Of a stretch of 64,000 nucleotides of DNA, positions 55,899-64,000 are shown piece by piece. The notes beneath the pieces were generated by a model, which saw only the letters and a list, made by a program, of their open reading frames with translations, searched no databases and was not told the origin of the DNA. The DNA comes from Dehalococcoidia bacterium (GTDB taxonomy: Bacteria > Chloroflexota > Dehalococcoidia > Plut-88900). A program made the translations under genes and the position numbers. Where the stretch lies: positions 64,001 through 128,000 of the forward strand of contig CBDFLQ010000006.1 of assembly GCA_965249275.1 (NCBI GenBank), given 5' to 3'. Positions within the stretch are counted from its first letter, which is position 1, and each line of letters begins with the position of its first letter.

Positions 55899-57254
55899 CT
55901 ATGCCACGCCTACCGGTAAGGGCTCGAACTTCGCGAGATGGTCGATAAACCGCAGCTGTACTGTGCCCGTAGGCCCGTTCCTGTGCTTCCCGACTATGAT
56001 GTCCGCTATCCCCTTCGGATACATCTGGTCGGGGAAGAGCTTGGCCCACTGATCCTCGGTGTAGTATCGGTCTCCCTTGTAAATGAACATCACCACGTCC
56101 GCATCCTGTTCGATGCTCCCACTTTCCCGCAGATCCGAAAGCATGGGCCGGTGGTCATTACGCAGCTCCGGCGCTCGGCTGAGCTGCGATAACGCCAGTA
56201 GGGGCACGTCTAGGTCCCTCGCCAGCAGCTTCAGAGACCTGGATATCTCGCTCATCTCCGCCACGTTATTGTCACCCCGTTGAAGCATCAAACCTATGTA
56301 GTCCACGATGATCAGATCAACGGGGTATTCCAGGTGCAGCCGTTTCGCCTTGCTGCGAAGCTCAACGATGTTCAGCAAGGCCGAGTCGTCTATGTAGATC
56401 GGAGCCTGGGCCAGCTTACCCGTCGCCTCGATGACGTTGGCCTCTTCGTCCGCCGTGAACTCCCCAAGCCTGAACTTCCGAGTATCGACCCCCGACTCAC
56501 TCGAAAGCAGACGCTGCACCACCTGCTGCTTACCCATCTCCAGGCTGAATACCGCCACCCGAGCCCCCTGCTCCAATGCCGCCGTGCGGGCAATGTTTAG
56601 CGCCAGGCTGCTCTTCCCCAGGCTGGGCCTCGCTGCCAGTATGATCAGATCCGAACGGTGCAGACCACCCAGCAGTGTGTCCAGGTTGTGGAAACCCGTC
56701 AAAGCCACTGACAGGGGCTCTGCCTCGGCATCGGGCCCGAACCCGCTCTCGTCGAGGTATTGGTCCAGGATTTCCCGGATGTGGACGAAGTCCCGAGATC
56801 CCTGCCCGCTCCTAAGTTGGAACAGGATATCCTCGGCCTTGCTGAGCGCCTCATCTTCGTCAGGGCCCGCTTCATACCCGATCTTGGATATCTGGCCGGC
56901 CGACTCGATAATCCGGCGCATCATCGCCATCCGGTGAACGATCCGGGCGTAATGCTCAATGTGCGCCGACGTCGGCACCACCGAGATCAGTTGACTCAGG
57001 TACGCCGCCCCGCCTGCATTGGTCAGTCTCTCCAGCCGTGACAGCTCATTCTCCACCGAGACCTGGTCAATCGCCACCCCACGGTCGTACAACCCTATGC
57101 AGGCCTGATAGCACCACCGGTTCGACTCCCGGTAGAAATCCTCGGGATTCAGAATAGGCGCGACCTCCGGCATCGCATCGCCGTTAATCAGCAGCGACCC
57201 TAAGACCGAGTCCTCCGCATCTATATCGTGTGGTGGCAGTCTTTCCGCGTACAT
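55899..57254 (-). CDS. dnaB: Replicative DNA helicase
   Basis: PPHDIDAE, AARPSLGKS, FSLEM, IVDY, LSQLSR, LSDLRESGSIEQDAD, KHRNGPTG. Confidence 0.97.
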   Translation of the reverse strand: MYAERLPPHDIDAEDSVLGSLLINGDAMPEVAPILNPEDFYRESNRWCYQACIGLYDRGVAIDQVSVENELSRLERLTNAGGAAYLSQLISVVPTSAHIEHYARIVHRMAMMRRIIESAGQISKIGYEAGPDEDEALSKAEDILFQLRSGQGSRDFVHIREILDQYLDESGFGPDAEAEPLSVALTGFHNLDTLLGGLHRSDLIILAARPSLGKSSLALNIARTAALEQGARVAVFSLEMGKQQVVQRLLSSESGVDTRKFRLGEFTADEEANVIEATGKLAQAPIYIDDSALLNIVELRSKAKRLHLEYPVDLIIVDYIGLMLQRGDNNVAEMSEISRSLKLLARDLDVPLLALSQLSRAPELRNDHRPMLSDLRESGSIEQDADVVMFIYKGDRYYTEDQWAKLFPDQMYPKGIADIIVGKHRNGPTGTVQLRFIDHLAKFEPLPVGVA

Positions 57255-57291
57255 CTATCCCTGATGTCGTTTGGGCGCTTAAGGCCCGAGA

Positions 57292-58494
57292 CTATTCGGA
57301 TTCGTCGGATTGCTCGGACGGCATCCTTCGCTTGGCCCGCCGGACCGCAGCTGCCGCAGCCGATTCCTTGCCTGCCGCAGACCTTCTTTGTGTTGCGGCA
57401 GCCTCACCCTCTTCCTCCGACTCCTCCGCCTCGGCAGAATCATCCTCTGCGGCGGCACTCTCCTCCGCTGTCGATTCGTCTGCAGTTTCCTCGGCTACCG
57501 GTTCTTCGGCCACTTCCACCTCGGCCTCAGCGACAGACGTTTCTTCCGCCACGGGGGCCTCTTCCTCTACCTCAGCTACTGGAGCTTCTTCTGCCACCGC
57601 CACTGCGGCTTCTTCTTCCATCTCAGCAACAGGAGTCTCTTCCTCTGCCTCTGCTACTGGAGCCTCCGCCGCCATTTCCGCCACAGGGGCTTCTTCTTCC
57701 ATCTCAGCAACAGGTGTCACTTCCTCTACCACTGCTACTGGAGCCTCTTCTATCTCCGCCACGGGGGCTTCCTCTTCCACTTCAGCAACAGGGGCCTCTT
57801 CTTCTACCTCAGCTACTGGAGCTTCTTCAATCTCCGCCGCCGGGGCTACTTCTTCCATCTCCGCAACAGGAGGTTCTTCCACCTCAGCAACAGGAGCCTC
57901 TTCGACTACTTCAGCCACCACCGCCTCTTCCTGCACCTCAGCTACAGGTGCTGTTTCCGTCGTCTCCTCAACAGCCGGCGCCGACACACTCGCCGTTTCC
58001 CTACTCTTAGGTGTTCTCGCCTTTCGCTTGACCGCTGGCTTTGCAGGCGCAGCCTCGACAACCTGTACGGTCACCACGGGTTCAACCTCTTCAGCCAGCC
58101 TGAAAGTGACCTGATAGTCGCCTACGGCCTTAATTGGCTCTGCCAGATCAAGATCCCGTGCCTCGATCTTTTCTCCCGTAGCCTCGGCAATCGCCTCTGC
58201 AACCCTCGCCGACGATACCGACCCGTACAATCGACCCGTAGGCCCGCTCCTCGCTTCGATGATGACCGTCAGGCCCTCCAGCTTGGGTGCAAGCTGTGCT
58301 GCCCGTGCCCCAGAAATACCGTGCCGCAGAGCCTCGGCTCGCTTCAGGGCATCTACTCTTCGCAGCTGGTCCGGGGTGGCCAGCACTGCTAGGTCCTTCG
58401 GGAACAGGTAGTTCCGCGCGAACCCGTTTTTCACTTCTTTTACGTCACCCGTTTTGGCGACATTCTCGACTTCTTCCAGGAATATAACTCTCAC
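57292..58494 (-). CDS. rplI: 50S ribosomal protein bL9 with long acidic C-terminal repeat extension
   Basis: VKEVKNGFARNYLFPKDLA, GRLYGSVS, PIKAVG; after about aa 150, (E)EAPVAE(V/M/I)E repeats. Confidence 0.92.
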   Translation of the reverse strand: MRVIFLEEVENVAKTGDVKEVKNGFARNYLFPKDLAVLATPDQLRRVDALKRAEALRHGISGARAAQLAPKLEGLTVIIEARSGPTGRLYGSVSSARVAEAIAEATGEKIEARDLDLAEPIKAVGDYQVTFRLAEEVEPVVTVQVVEAAPAKPAVKRKARTPKSRETASVSAPAVEETTETAPVAEVQEEAVVAEVVEEAPVAEVEEPPVAEMEEVAPAAEIEEAPVAEVEEEAPVAEVEEEAPVAEIEEAPVAVVEEVTPVAEMEEEAPVAEMAAEAPVAEAEEETPVAEMEEEAAVAVAEEAPVAEVEEEAPVAEETSVAEAEVEVAEEPVAEETADESTAEESAAAEDDSAEAEESEEEGEAAATQRRSAAGKESAAAAAVRRAKRRMPSEQSDESE

Positions 58495-58609
58495 TTCGAA
58501 CCCGAACCTTTCTATCGACGCTTATTTGGCGATGTTGATTGGGCATTCAGCCCAAGGCAATTATATACTGCTGGCTGGGCGGGACAAGAACGTCAGCAAG
58601 AAAAACATA

Positions 58610-60808
58610 CTATCCCGTGGCATCCGACAGACCGTTTCTCCAAACCCGCTCTACTTCCTTTAACGGTAGGTCTATGTAATTCCCTATCGTCAGCCGGTCT
58701 CCCCCCACCACCCCCAGCTCCGTAACCGTCACCCCCGACTCCTCCGCCATCTTCCCCACTCCTTCAACGTCCCCCGAAGCAATCGATACTACTATACGGG
58801 ACTGCATCTCCCCGAAAAGCGCTGCATCCCACCGCCCCTCCACCCCAATCTCCCCGTTGAACCCGACCTGTCCACGCACTGCACACAATGCCAGGGCAAC
58901 CCCCAGCCCACCCATCGAGCAATCGTGCGCCGAACGAAGGAGGCCCTTTTCTATAAGTGAGATGCAAAGGTCTTGTACCCGTTTCTCAATTTCCAAGTTT
59001 ATCGATGGTTTTCCGGCAACAGTCCCGTGCATGACCTCTAGGTACTCGCTTCCACCCAGTCCGTCGGCAGTTGGTGGCGTGCCCAAAAGCAGCACCTCGT
59101 CCCCCGGCTCTTGGAATCCCATCCGGCAGCCGAGGGAAACGTCTTCCAGGAGACCAAGCACACCGGCCACCGGGGTCGGGTAAATCGGCTCGTTCATCGT
59201 TTCGTTGTAAAGGCTGACGTTGCCGCTTATCACCGGAATGCCGAAGGTATTGCAGGCCTCAGTCATACCTTTGATGCACTGCTCCAGCTGGTAGTACACC
59301 TCCGGCTTCTCCGGGTTTCCGAAGTTGAGACAGTCGGTCACCGCTATCGCCCGTGCCCCGACACACGCCACGTTCCTGGCCGCCTCCGCCACCGCTATCG
59401 CACCCCCTGCATATGGGTCAAGGTAGCAGTATCGCCCGTTCCCGTCCGTCGAGAGAGCAATGGCCTTCCGAGTCCCCTTTATTCGTAGCAGCGCAGCGTC
59501 TCCGCCGGGCGGCACTACGGTGTTGGTCATCACCTGGTGGTCATATTGCCTGTACACTGACTCCTTGCTAGCCACATTCGGCGAGGCCAGCAGCCGAAGC
59601 AAGACCTCATCCGGCAATGAGTCCGGCATTGGCAATGAATCAAAGTCGAACTCCTGAAGCTCCGTTAGCCCCTCCGGCTTGGTGGCTTCAATCGTGTATA
59701 GCGGAGGGTTCGTCAGCACTCCAACCGGCAGATCAGAGACCAGTATTCCTTCATCCCTCACCTTGACCCGACCATCATCCGTGACCTTCCCAATGACATC
59801 GGAGTGAAGGTCCCACTTTTCGGTTATCTCGTCGACTTCTGCTTTCCTATCCGGGGTCACGACGAGCAGCATCCTCTCCTGCGATTCGGAGAGCATGACT
59901 TCGTAGGGAGTCATGCCTTCCTCGCGTCTCGGCACCCGTGCCACGTCTATATCGACACCGCTCCCCGCCCGACCCGCACTCTCAACCACCGAGCTGGTCA
60001 ATCCCGCTGCCCCTAGGTCCGCAAGCCCCACCAGCAGTCCCGCCTCCGATAGCTCCAGGCACGCCTCGATCAAAACCTTTTCCAGGAACGGGTTTCCCAC
60101 TTGGACCGTGGGCCTAAGCTCCCTCTCCTCCTCGAAAGTCCGGGACGCCAGCCCCGAGGCTCCATGAATTCCGTCCCTCCCCGTGTCCGCACCGACCAGA
60201 ATTAGCAGATTGCCGGTGCCCTCTGCCCGTGCCTTCAACAGCCCCTCACTCCGCACAATTCCTACACACATTGCATTCACCAACGGGTTCCCCGAATACG
60301 TCGGTGAAAACACCACCTCACCCCCGACGTTCGGTATCCCGAGACAGTTGCCATACCCGCTTATACCGCTCACCACACCGTTGAACAGGTATCGGTTCCG
60401 CGCCGAGTCCAGGGGCCCGAATCGAAGAGAATTCATAAGGGCGATTGGCCTTGCCCCCATCGTGAATATATCCCTAACTATGCCCCCCACCCCCGTCGCC
60501 GCCCCCTCGTACGGCTCGATGGCCGAGGGATGGTTATGAGACTCGATTTTCATCACCACCGCCAACCCGTCTCCAATATCGACGGCGCCCGCGTTTTCCG
60601 CACCCGGCTCCACCAGCACCCTTTCACCACCCGATGGGAACATCCTCAGCAATGGTTTGGAGTGCTTGTAACTGCAATGCTCACTCCAAAGAGAACCGAT
60701 AATCCCCAGTTCGACCAGGTTAGGCTCTCTCCCGAGTTTATCCACGGCCAACGCATACTCCTCGGGGGAGATGGCAAGCTGGTCAAGGGCCTCGGAGGAC
60801 ACGTTCAT
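58610..60808 (-). CDS. purL: Phosphoribosylformylglycinamidine synthase subunit PurL
   Basis: [53 protein letters not shown]. Confidence 0.96.
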   Translation of the reverse strand: MNVSSEALDQLAISPEEYALAVDKLGREPNLVELGIIGSLWSEHCSYKHSKPLLRMFPSGGERVLVEPGAENAGAVDIGDGLAVVMKIESHNHPSAIEPYEGAATGVGGIVRDIFTMGARPIALMNSLRFGPLDSARNRYLFNGVVSGISGYGNCLGIPNVGGEVVFSPTYSGNPLVNAMCVGIVRSEGLLKARAEGTGNLLILVGADTGRDGIHGASGLASRTFEEERELRPTVQVGNPFLEKVLIEACLELSEAGLLVGLADLGAAGLTSSVVESAGRAGSGVDIDVARVPRREEGMTPYEVMLSESQERMLLVVTPDRKAEVDEITEKWDLHSDVIGKVTDDGRVKVRDEGILVSDLPVGVLTNPPLYTIEATKPEGLTELQEFDFDSLPMPDSLPDEVLLRLLASPNVASKESVYRQYDHQVMTNTVVPPGGDAALLRIKGTRKAIALSTDGNGRYCYLDPYAGGAIAVAEAARNVACVGARAIAVTDCLNFGNPEKPEVYYQLEQCIKGMTEACNTFGIPVISGNVSLYNETMNEPIYPTPVAGVLGLLEDVSLGCRMGFQEPGDEVLLLGTPPTADGLGGSEYLEVMHGTVAGKPSINLEIEKRVQDLCISLIEKGLLRSAHDCSMGGLGVALALCAVRGQVGFNGEIGVEGRWDAALFGEMQSRIVVSIASGDVEGVGKMAEESGVTVTELGVVGGDRLTIGNYIDLPLKEVERVWRNGLSDATG

Positions 60809-60843
60809 CCTAGGCTTCCCTCGACCCGTGCTTCAGATTTCTG

Positions 60844-61704
60844 TCAGTAAGGATCGGCAAACAGCACCCCCACGGCAATGGCGTTGTTCAATAAGTGGAC
60901 GAGCATCGGAGCCCACAGCGCCCTCGTCCTATGATATAGCCATGCGAGCAGTAGGCCCAAGACGAAGAGCGGTGGAAACCTCAGCGGTTCAAGGTGCGCC
61001 CCCATGAAGAGCAGGGAGCTAATACCTGCTGCCCATATCGGCCCCCACCGACCCGACAACCCTGCAAACACGAATCCCCTGAAAAACAGCTCCTCTGCGA
61101 ACGGCGCGACCGCAACGGCCAAAATGGCAAGCCCTATGAGGTACTCCGTACCGCCCTCTAGGAAGGGAGTCGGGGACAAGTTGTCCGTGTCGACACCCGT
61201 CGCCTCCAGGATCAGGTAATAGACTGCCTGCACCACCAACTCGGCAATAAGAACGACTATCCCCCACCCCACATCCCGAAGAGCGGGTTTTCGCCAGAAT
61301 CCCAGCGCGCTCCAACGTACCCGTCGTCGAGACACAGCAAAGAACCAGACCGTAACCGGCAGTGCTAGCTGCGCAAGCAGCATCCCCACCAGCAGGGGAA
61401 CCCCCGTGTACTCTATTTCCGCCACCCTCGTTACCACCAGGACAATTGCGAAGATAGATATAGCCTGGATGATGTAGAAGCCCGTGCCCAGCGCCACATC
61501 CCCAACTCCCCACGCCACCCTTCTCCCCGGCCCCTGGGGTTCAGTCGCTGCAGATCCGACCGATGTCTCGGTTACGACAGGAGGGATATGGGCCCCGCAC
61601 CGGGTGCAAAATTGCCAATCGGGCTGTAAGCGCTGTCCGCAGGTGCTGCAGAACACAGGTGGGGGATGGGAAGTTTGCGCGGAAGGTTCGTCGGAGGAGT
61701 ACAT
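60844..61704 (-). CDS. CPBP (CAAX/Abi) intramembrane metalloprotease with N-terminal zinc ribbon
   Basis: CSTCG...FCTRCG; APFAEELFFRG, FMGAH, HLLNN. Confidence 0.88.
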   Translation of the reverse strand: MYSSDEPSAQTSHPPPVFCSTCGQRLQPDWQFCTRCGAHIPPVVTETSVGSAATEPQGPGRRVAWGVGDVALGTGFYIIQAISIFAIVLVVTRVAEIEYTGVPLLVGMLLAQLALPVTVWFFAVSRRRVRWSALGFWRKPALRDVGWGIVVLIAELVVQAVYYLILEATGVDTDNLSPTPFLEGGTEYLIGLAILAVAVAPFAEELFFRGFVFAGLSGRWGPIWAAGISSLLFMGAHLEPLRFPPLFVLGLLLAWLYHRTRALWAPMLVHLLNNAIAVGVLFADPY

Positions 61705-61763
61705 CGGGCGAATTTCCTACTCTGTACCGCGTCGTGCGGGAAGCAAGAGAGAAGAGAGGAGAA

Positions 61764-62459
61764 TCATCGACGCACGGCAGCCCCGACTATCGACTCGAAG
61801 ATATACAGCCCATCCGTTCCCCCGAGCACCGGTTCGCAGCAACGTTCAGGGTGTGGCATCATCCCCAGAACGTTCCCTTCTCGATTCATGATTCCCGCAA
61901 TCCCATTCAACGAGCCATTGGGATTCGCTTCCGGGCTTACGGCGCCATCCTCTGCGCAATAGCGGAACAGGACGCGGCCTTCTTCGTCCAGTGTGCTCAG
62001 CATAACGTCATCGGCGTAGTAGCGGCCCTCTCCGTGAGAGATTGGCACCCGAAGCCTCTGCCCCGACTCGCAGTGCCCCGTAAACACCGACTCCGAGTTA
62101 TCCACCCTTAGATTCACCCATTCGCACCGAAACTCCAGGCTGTCGTTTCTCAACAGCGCTCCCGGCAGAAGCCCTGCTTCACAAAGGACCTGAAAGCCGT
62201 TGCATATCCCAATCACCAGGCCCCCGCGTCCGGCAAAATCAACCACAGCCTCCATCACAGGAGAAAACCGCGCGATAGCCCCGCATCTCAAATAGTCGCC
62301 ATACGAAAAACCGCCCGGCAGAACTACGCAGTCATAGGACGACAGGTCCGTATCCTTGTGCCAGACGTAGCTGACCTCTTGACCAAGCACTTCATCCAGT
62401 ACGTGGTAACAATCGACATCGCTCCACGTCCCCGGAAATACAACTACTCCAAATCTCAT
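61764..62459 (-). CDS. purQ: Phosphoribosylformylglycinamidine synthase subunit PurQ
   Basis: [34 protein letters not shown]. Confidence 0.96.
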   Translation of the reverse strand: MRFGVVVFPGTWSDVDCYHVLDEVLGQEVSYVWHKDTDLSSYDCVVLPGGFSYGDYLRCGAIARFSPVMEAVVDFAGRGGLVIGICNGFQVLCEAGLLPGALLRNDSLEFRCEWVNLRVDNSESVFTGHCESGQRLRVPISHGEGRYYADDVMLSTLDEEGRVLFRYCAEDGAVSPEANPNGSLNGIAGIMNREGNVLGMMPHPERCCEPVLGGTDGLYIFESIVGAAVRR

Positions 62460-62623
62460 CGCCGATCCTGTCCCCTCTCCCTCGATGGGAGAGGGCTAGG
62501 GTGAGGGTGTTCCTGGATCTTCAACAACTCTCCTGCCCCAAAACGCCACTTGCAAACTAAAGCCCGGTTCCTTGATTAATCATAACCCAGGACCGGGCCC
62601 CGTGACCCCATATATGCCTATGC

Positions 62624-63079
62624 TCAATCTGATTTCCCGGCCAGCAACTCTCCTACTATCTGGCTTACCAGCTTCCCGTCCGCCTTGCCCTTCACCTGAG
62701 GCATAAGCTTCCCCATCACCTTACCTCTATCGCCAGCCCCCCCGGCGCCGGTTTCCTCTATCACCGAACGTGCGATCTCAGTGATCTCCTCGGCGCTGAG
62801 CTGCTGGGGCAGGTAGCTGGAGATAAGAGCCAGCTCAGCCTCTTCCTTTTCCACCAGGTCGGGCCTATTGCCCTTCTGGAAAGCATCAATGCTCTCCCTC
62901 CGCCGTTTCGCCTCTCGAGACAGGATTTGAATCACGCCATCATCACCCAGGGCCTTTCCCAGGGACTTCTCCTCGGCCTGCAGACTGGCCTTAATAAGAC
63001 GTAAGGCGGAGCGCCGTAATTCATCCTTACTGCGCACCGCCTTAAGCAGGTCGGCGTCTAGTTGTTCTCGTAGAGACAT
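62624..63079 (-). CDS. GatB/YqeY-domain protein
   Basis: KRRRESI..F..GNRPDL, YLPQQLS, GKVMG, GKADG. Confidence 0.92.
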   Translation of the reverse strand: MSLREQLDADLLKAVRSKDELRRSALRLIKASLQAEEKSLGKALGDDGVIQILSREAKRRRESIDAFQKGNRPDLVEKEEAELALISSYLPQQLSAEEITEIARSVIEETGAGGAGDRGKVMGKLMPQVKGKADGKLVSQIVGELLAGKSD

Positions 63080-63106
63080 CAGCCCATCCGGTTACGGGAC
63101 CCGGGG

Positions 63107-63292
63107 CTACCTTCGCGCGGTACGCCGTTTCCGGGCTGCCGCTGCGATTTTCTTCTTCCGCTTGATGCTTGGCTTTTCGTAGTATTCACGACGCCTGGCC
63201 TCGGAAAGTATGCCGTTCTGCTGCACTTTCTTATTGAACCGCTTCAGCAGACTTTCGAAGTTTTCGTCTCGCCCCAACTTTACCTCGGACAA
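63107..63292 (-). CDS. rpsU: 30S ribosomal protein bS21
   Basis: [23 protein letters not shown]. Confidence 0.93.
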   Translation of the reverse strand: MSEVKLGRDENFESLLKRFNKKVQQNGILSEARRREYYEKPSIKRKKKIAAAARKRRTARR

Positions 63293-63656
63293 ACTGGAAG
63301 CCTCCCACCTGTGCTATCTAATCGATACCGGATTAACTATAGAAACGGATTCTGATTATATGGACGCCCCAATTGAGTGTCAACAAAACCCCTCCAGAAT
63401 CTCCCCAACCCTCCTCACCCCGTCATACCGAAGCCCCGCGAGGAATCTGGGCCCTGCCCTCTCACCCCCTTCCTCCCCTCCCTCATTCCGCCAGAGCCAG
63501 TTCCGTACTTGATACGGGGGCCGGAACCTGAATGGTATGCGCGGAAACCGACGTCCCTGCACGCCTACCATCGTCCCCCTCTTTTCTTCGTCATCCCCGC
63601 GTCGGCGGGGACCCACACGATCATTCGGGCACAGCGCACGCCTGCCGTACGAACCC

Positions 63657-63998
63657 TCACCCGGTAGGACCGGCGGGCGGGAGAGGGCCGGGGGAGCGGT
63701 CGGTTCCGGGGGTCGGCCAGATACGCAGGAGGACGGTCTCCGCTGGCGGGACGGGCATCATGGCGCGGCGCGGGAGGTCGCGGGACGCGAGCGCGCGCCT
63801 GACCGCCTCGGCGCTCGCCTCGGGCTCGGTAGAAGCACACGCCAGCACGACATCGACGCGCGCGGGAACGGCACGTCCCCAATGAACGACCGTCGCAAGT
63901 GCGCCGGGCTCGAGGTTCCGCCACCACGCGCCGTGGACGCTGGTCAACGCCTCGAGCGCGCCGTCGTCCGCGCGGCGGTAGGCGACGGGTGTCTCGTA
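63657..63998 (-). CDS. 3' part of a DUF385/deazaflavin-dependent nitroreductase-like protein (gene begins beyond the window)
   Basis: Frame open to the window end: YETPVAYRR..G.LEALTS..GAWWRNL; much higher GC and CpG content than the rest of the window. Confidence 0.5.
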   Translation of the reverse strand, partial: YETPVAYRRADDGALEALTSVHGAWWRNLEPGALATVVHWGRAVPARVDVVLACASTEPEASAEAVRRALASRDLPRRAMMPVPPAETVLLRIWPTPGTDRSPGPLPPAGPTG

Positions 63999-64000
63999 GC

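Noticed and set aside
57230-58114. Ser/Ala/Thr-rich + strand ORF resembling an adhesin
   Set aside because: It is the antisense shadow of the rplI acidic repeats.

Overview
This is a 64-kb stretch of GC-rich bacterial chromosome, most likely a Chloroflexota/Dehalococcoidia (SAR202-like) organism. That assignment is inferred from the rplI-dnaB-dnaD-tandem dnaC block, PAC2, LLM oxidoreductase and UGSC genes. Housekeeping blocks (rpsU, yqeY, purQ/purL, rplI, dnaB/D/C, sirC-hemC-cobA/hemD-hemB-ahbAB, rlmD, maf, yvcK, tRNA-Gly) are interleaved with catabolic genes, toxin-antitoxin modules, an IS481, an IS5 and several families of intergenic palindromic repeats. Four observations stand out. (1) Three genes that the ORF track splits are single frames with an in-frame TGA at a position that homologues fill with Cys or Sec, each followed by a GU-tipped SECIS-like hairpin: a UGSC-family protein, an NHL-repeat thioredoxin (CUVNC) and an M20D amidohydrolase whose metal-bridging Cys is TGA (HAUGHD). 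The M20 gene also has a 1-nt frameshift. (2) An ORF-free, extensively base-paired element of about 430 nt with pseudoknot topology lies at 17245-17674, between a sigma70-type promoter and tRNA-Gly. It matches no RNA family I recognise and is a candidate new large ncRNA. (3) Both IS elements sit inside copies of the same REP-like repeat. (4) Ribosomal protein bL9 carries an acidic repeat tail of about 240 aa. All calls were made by eye from the sequence, and no database searches or folding programs were run.
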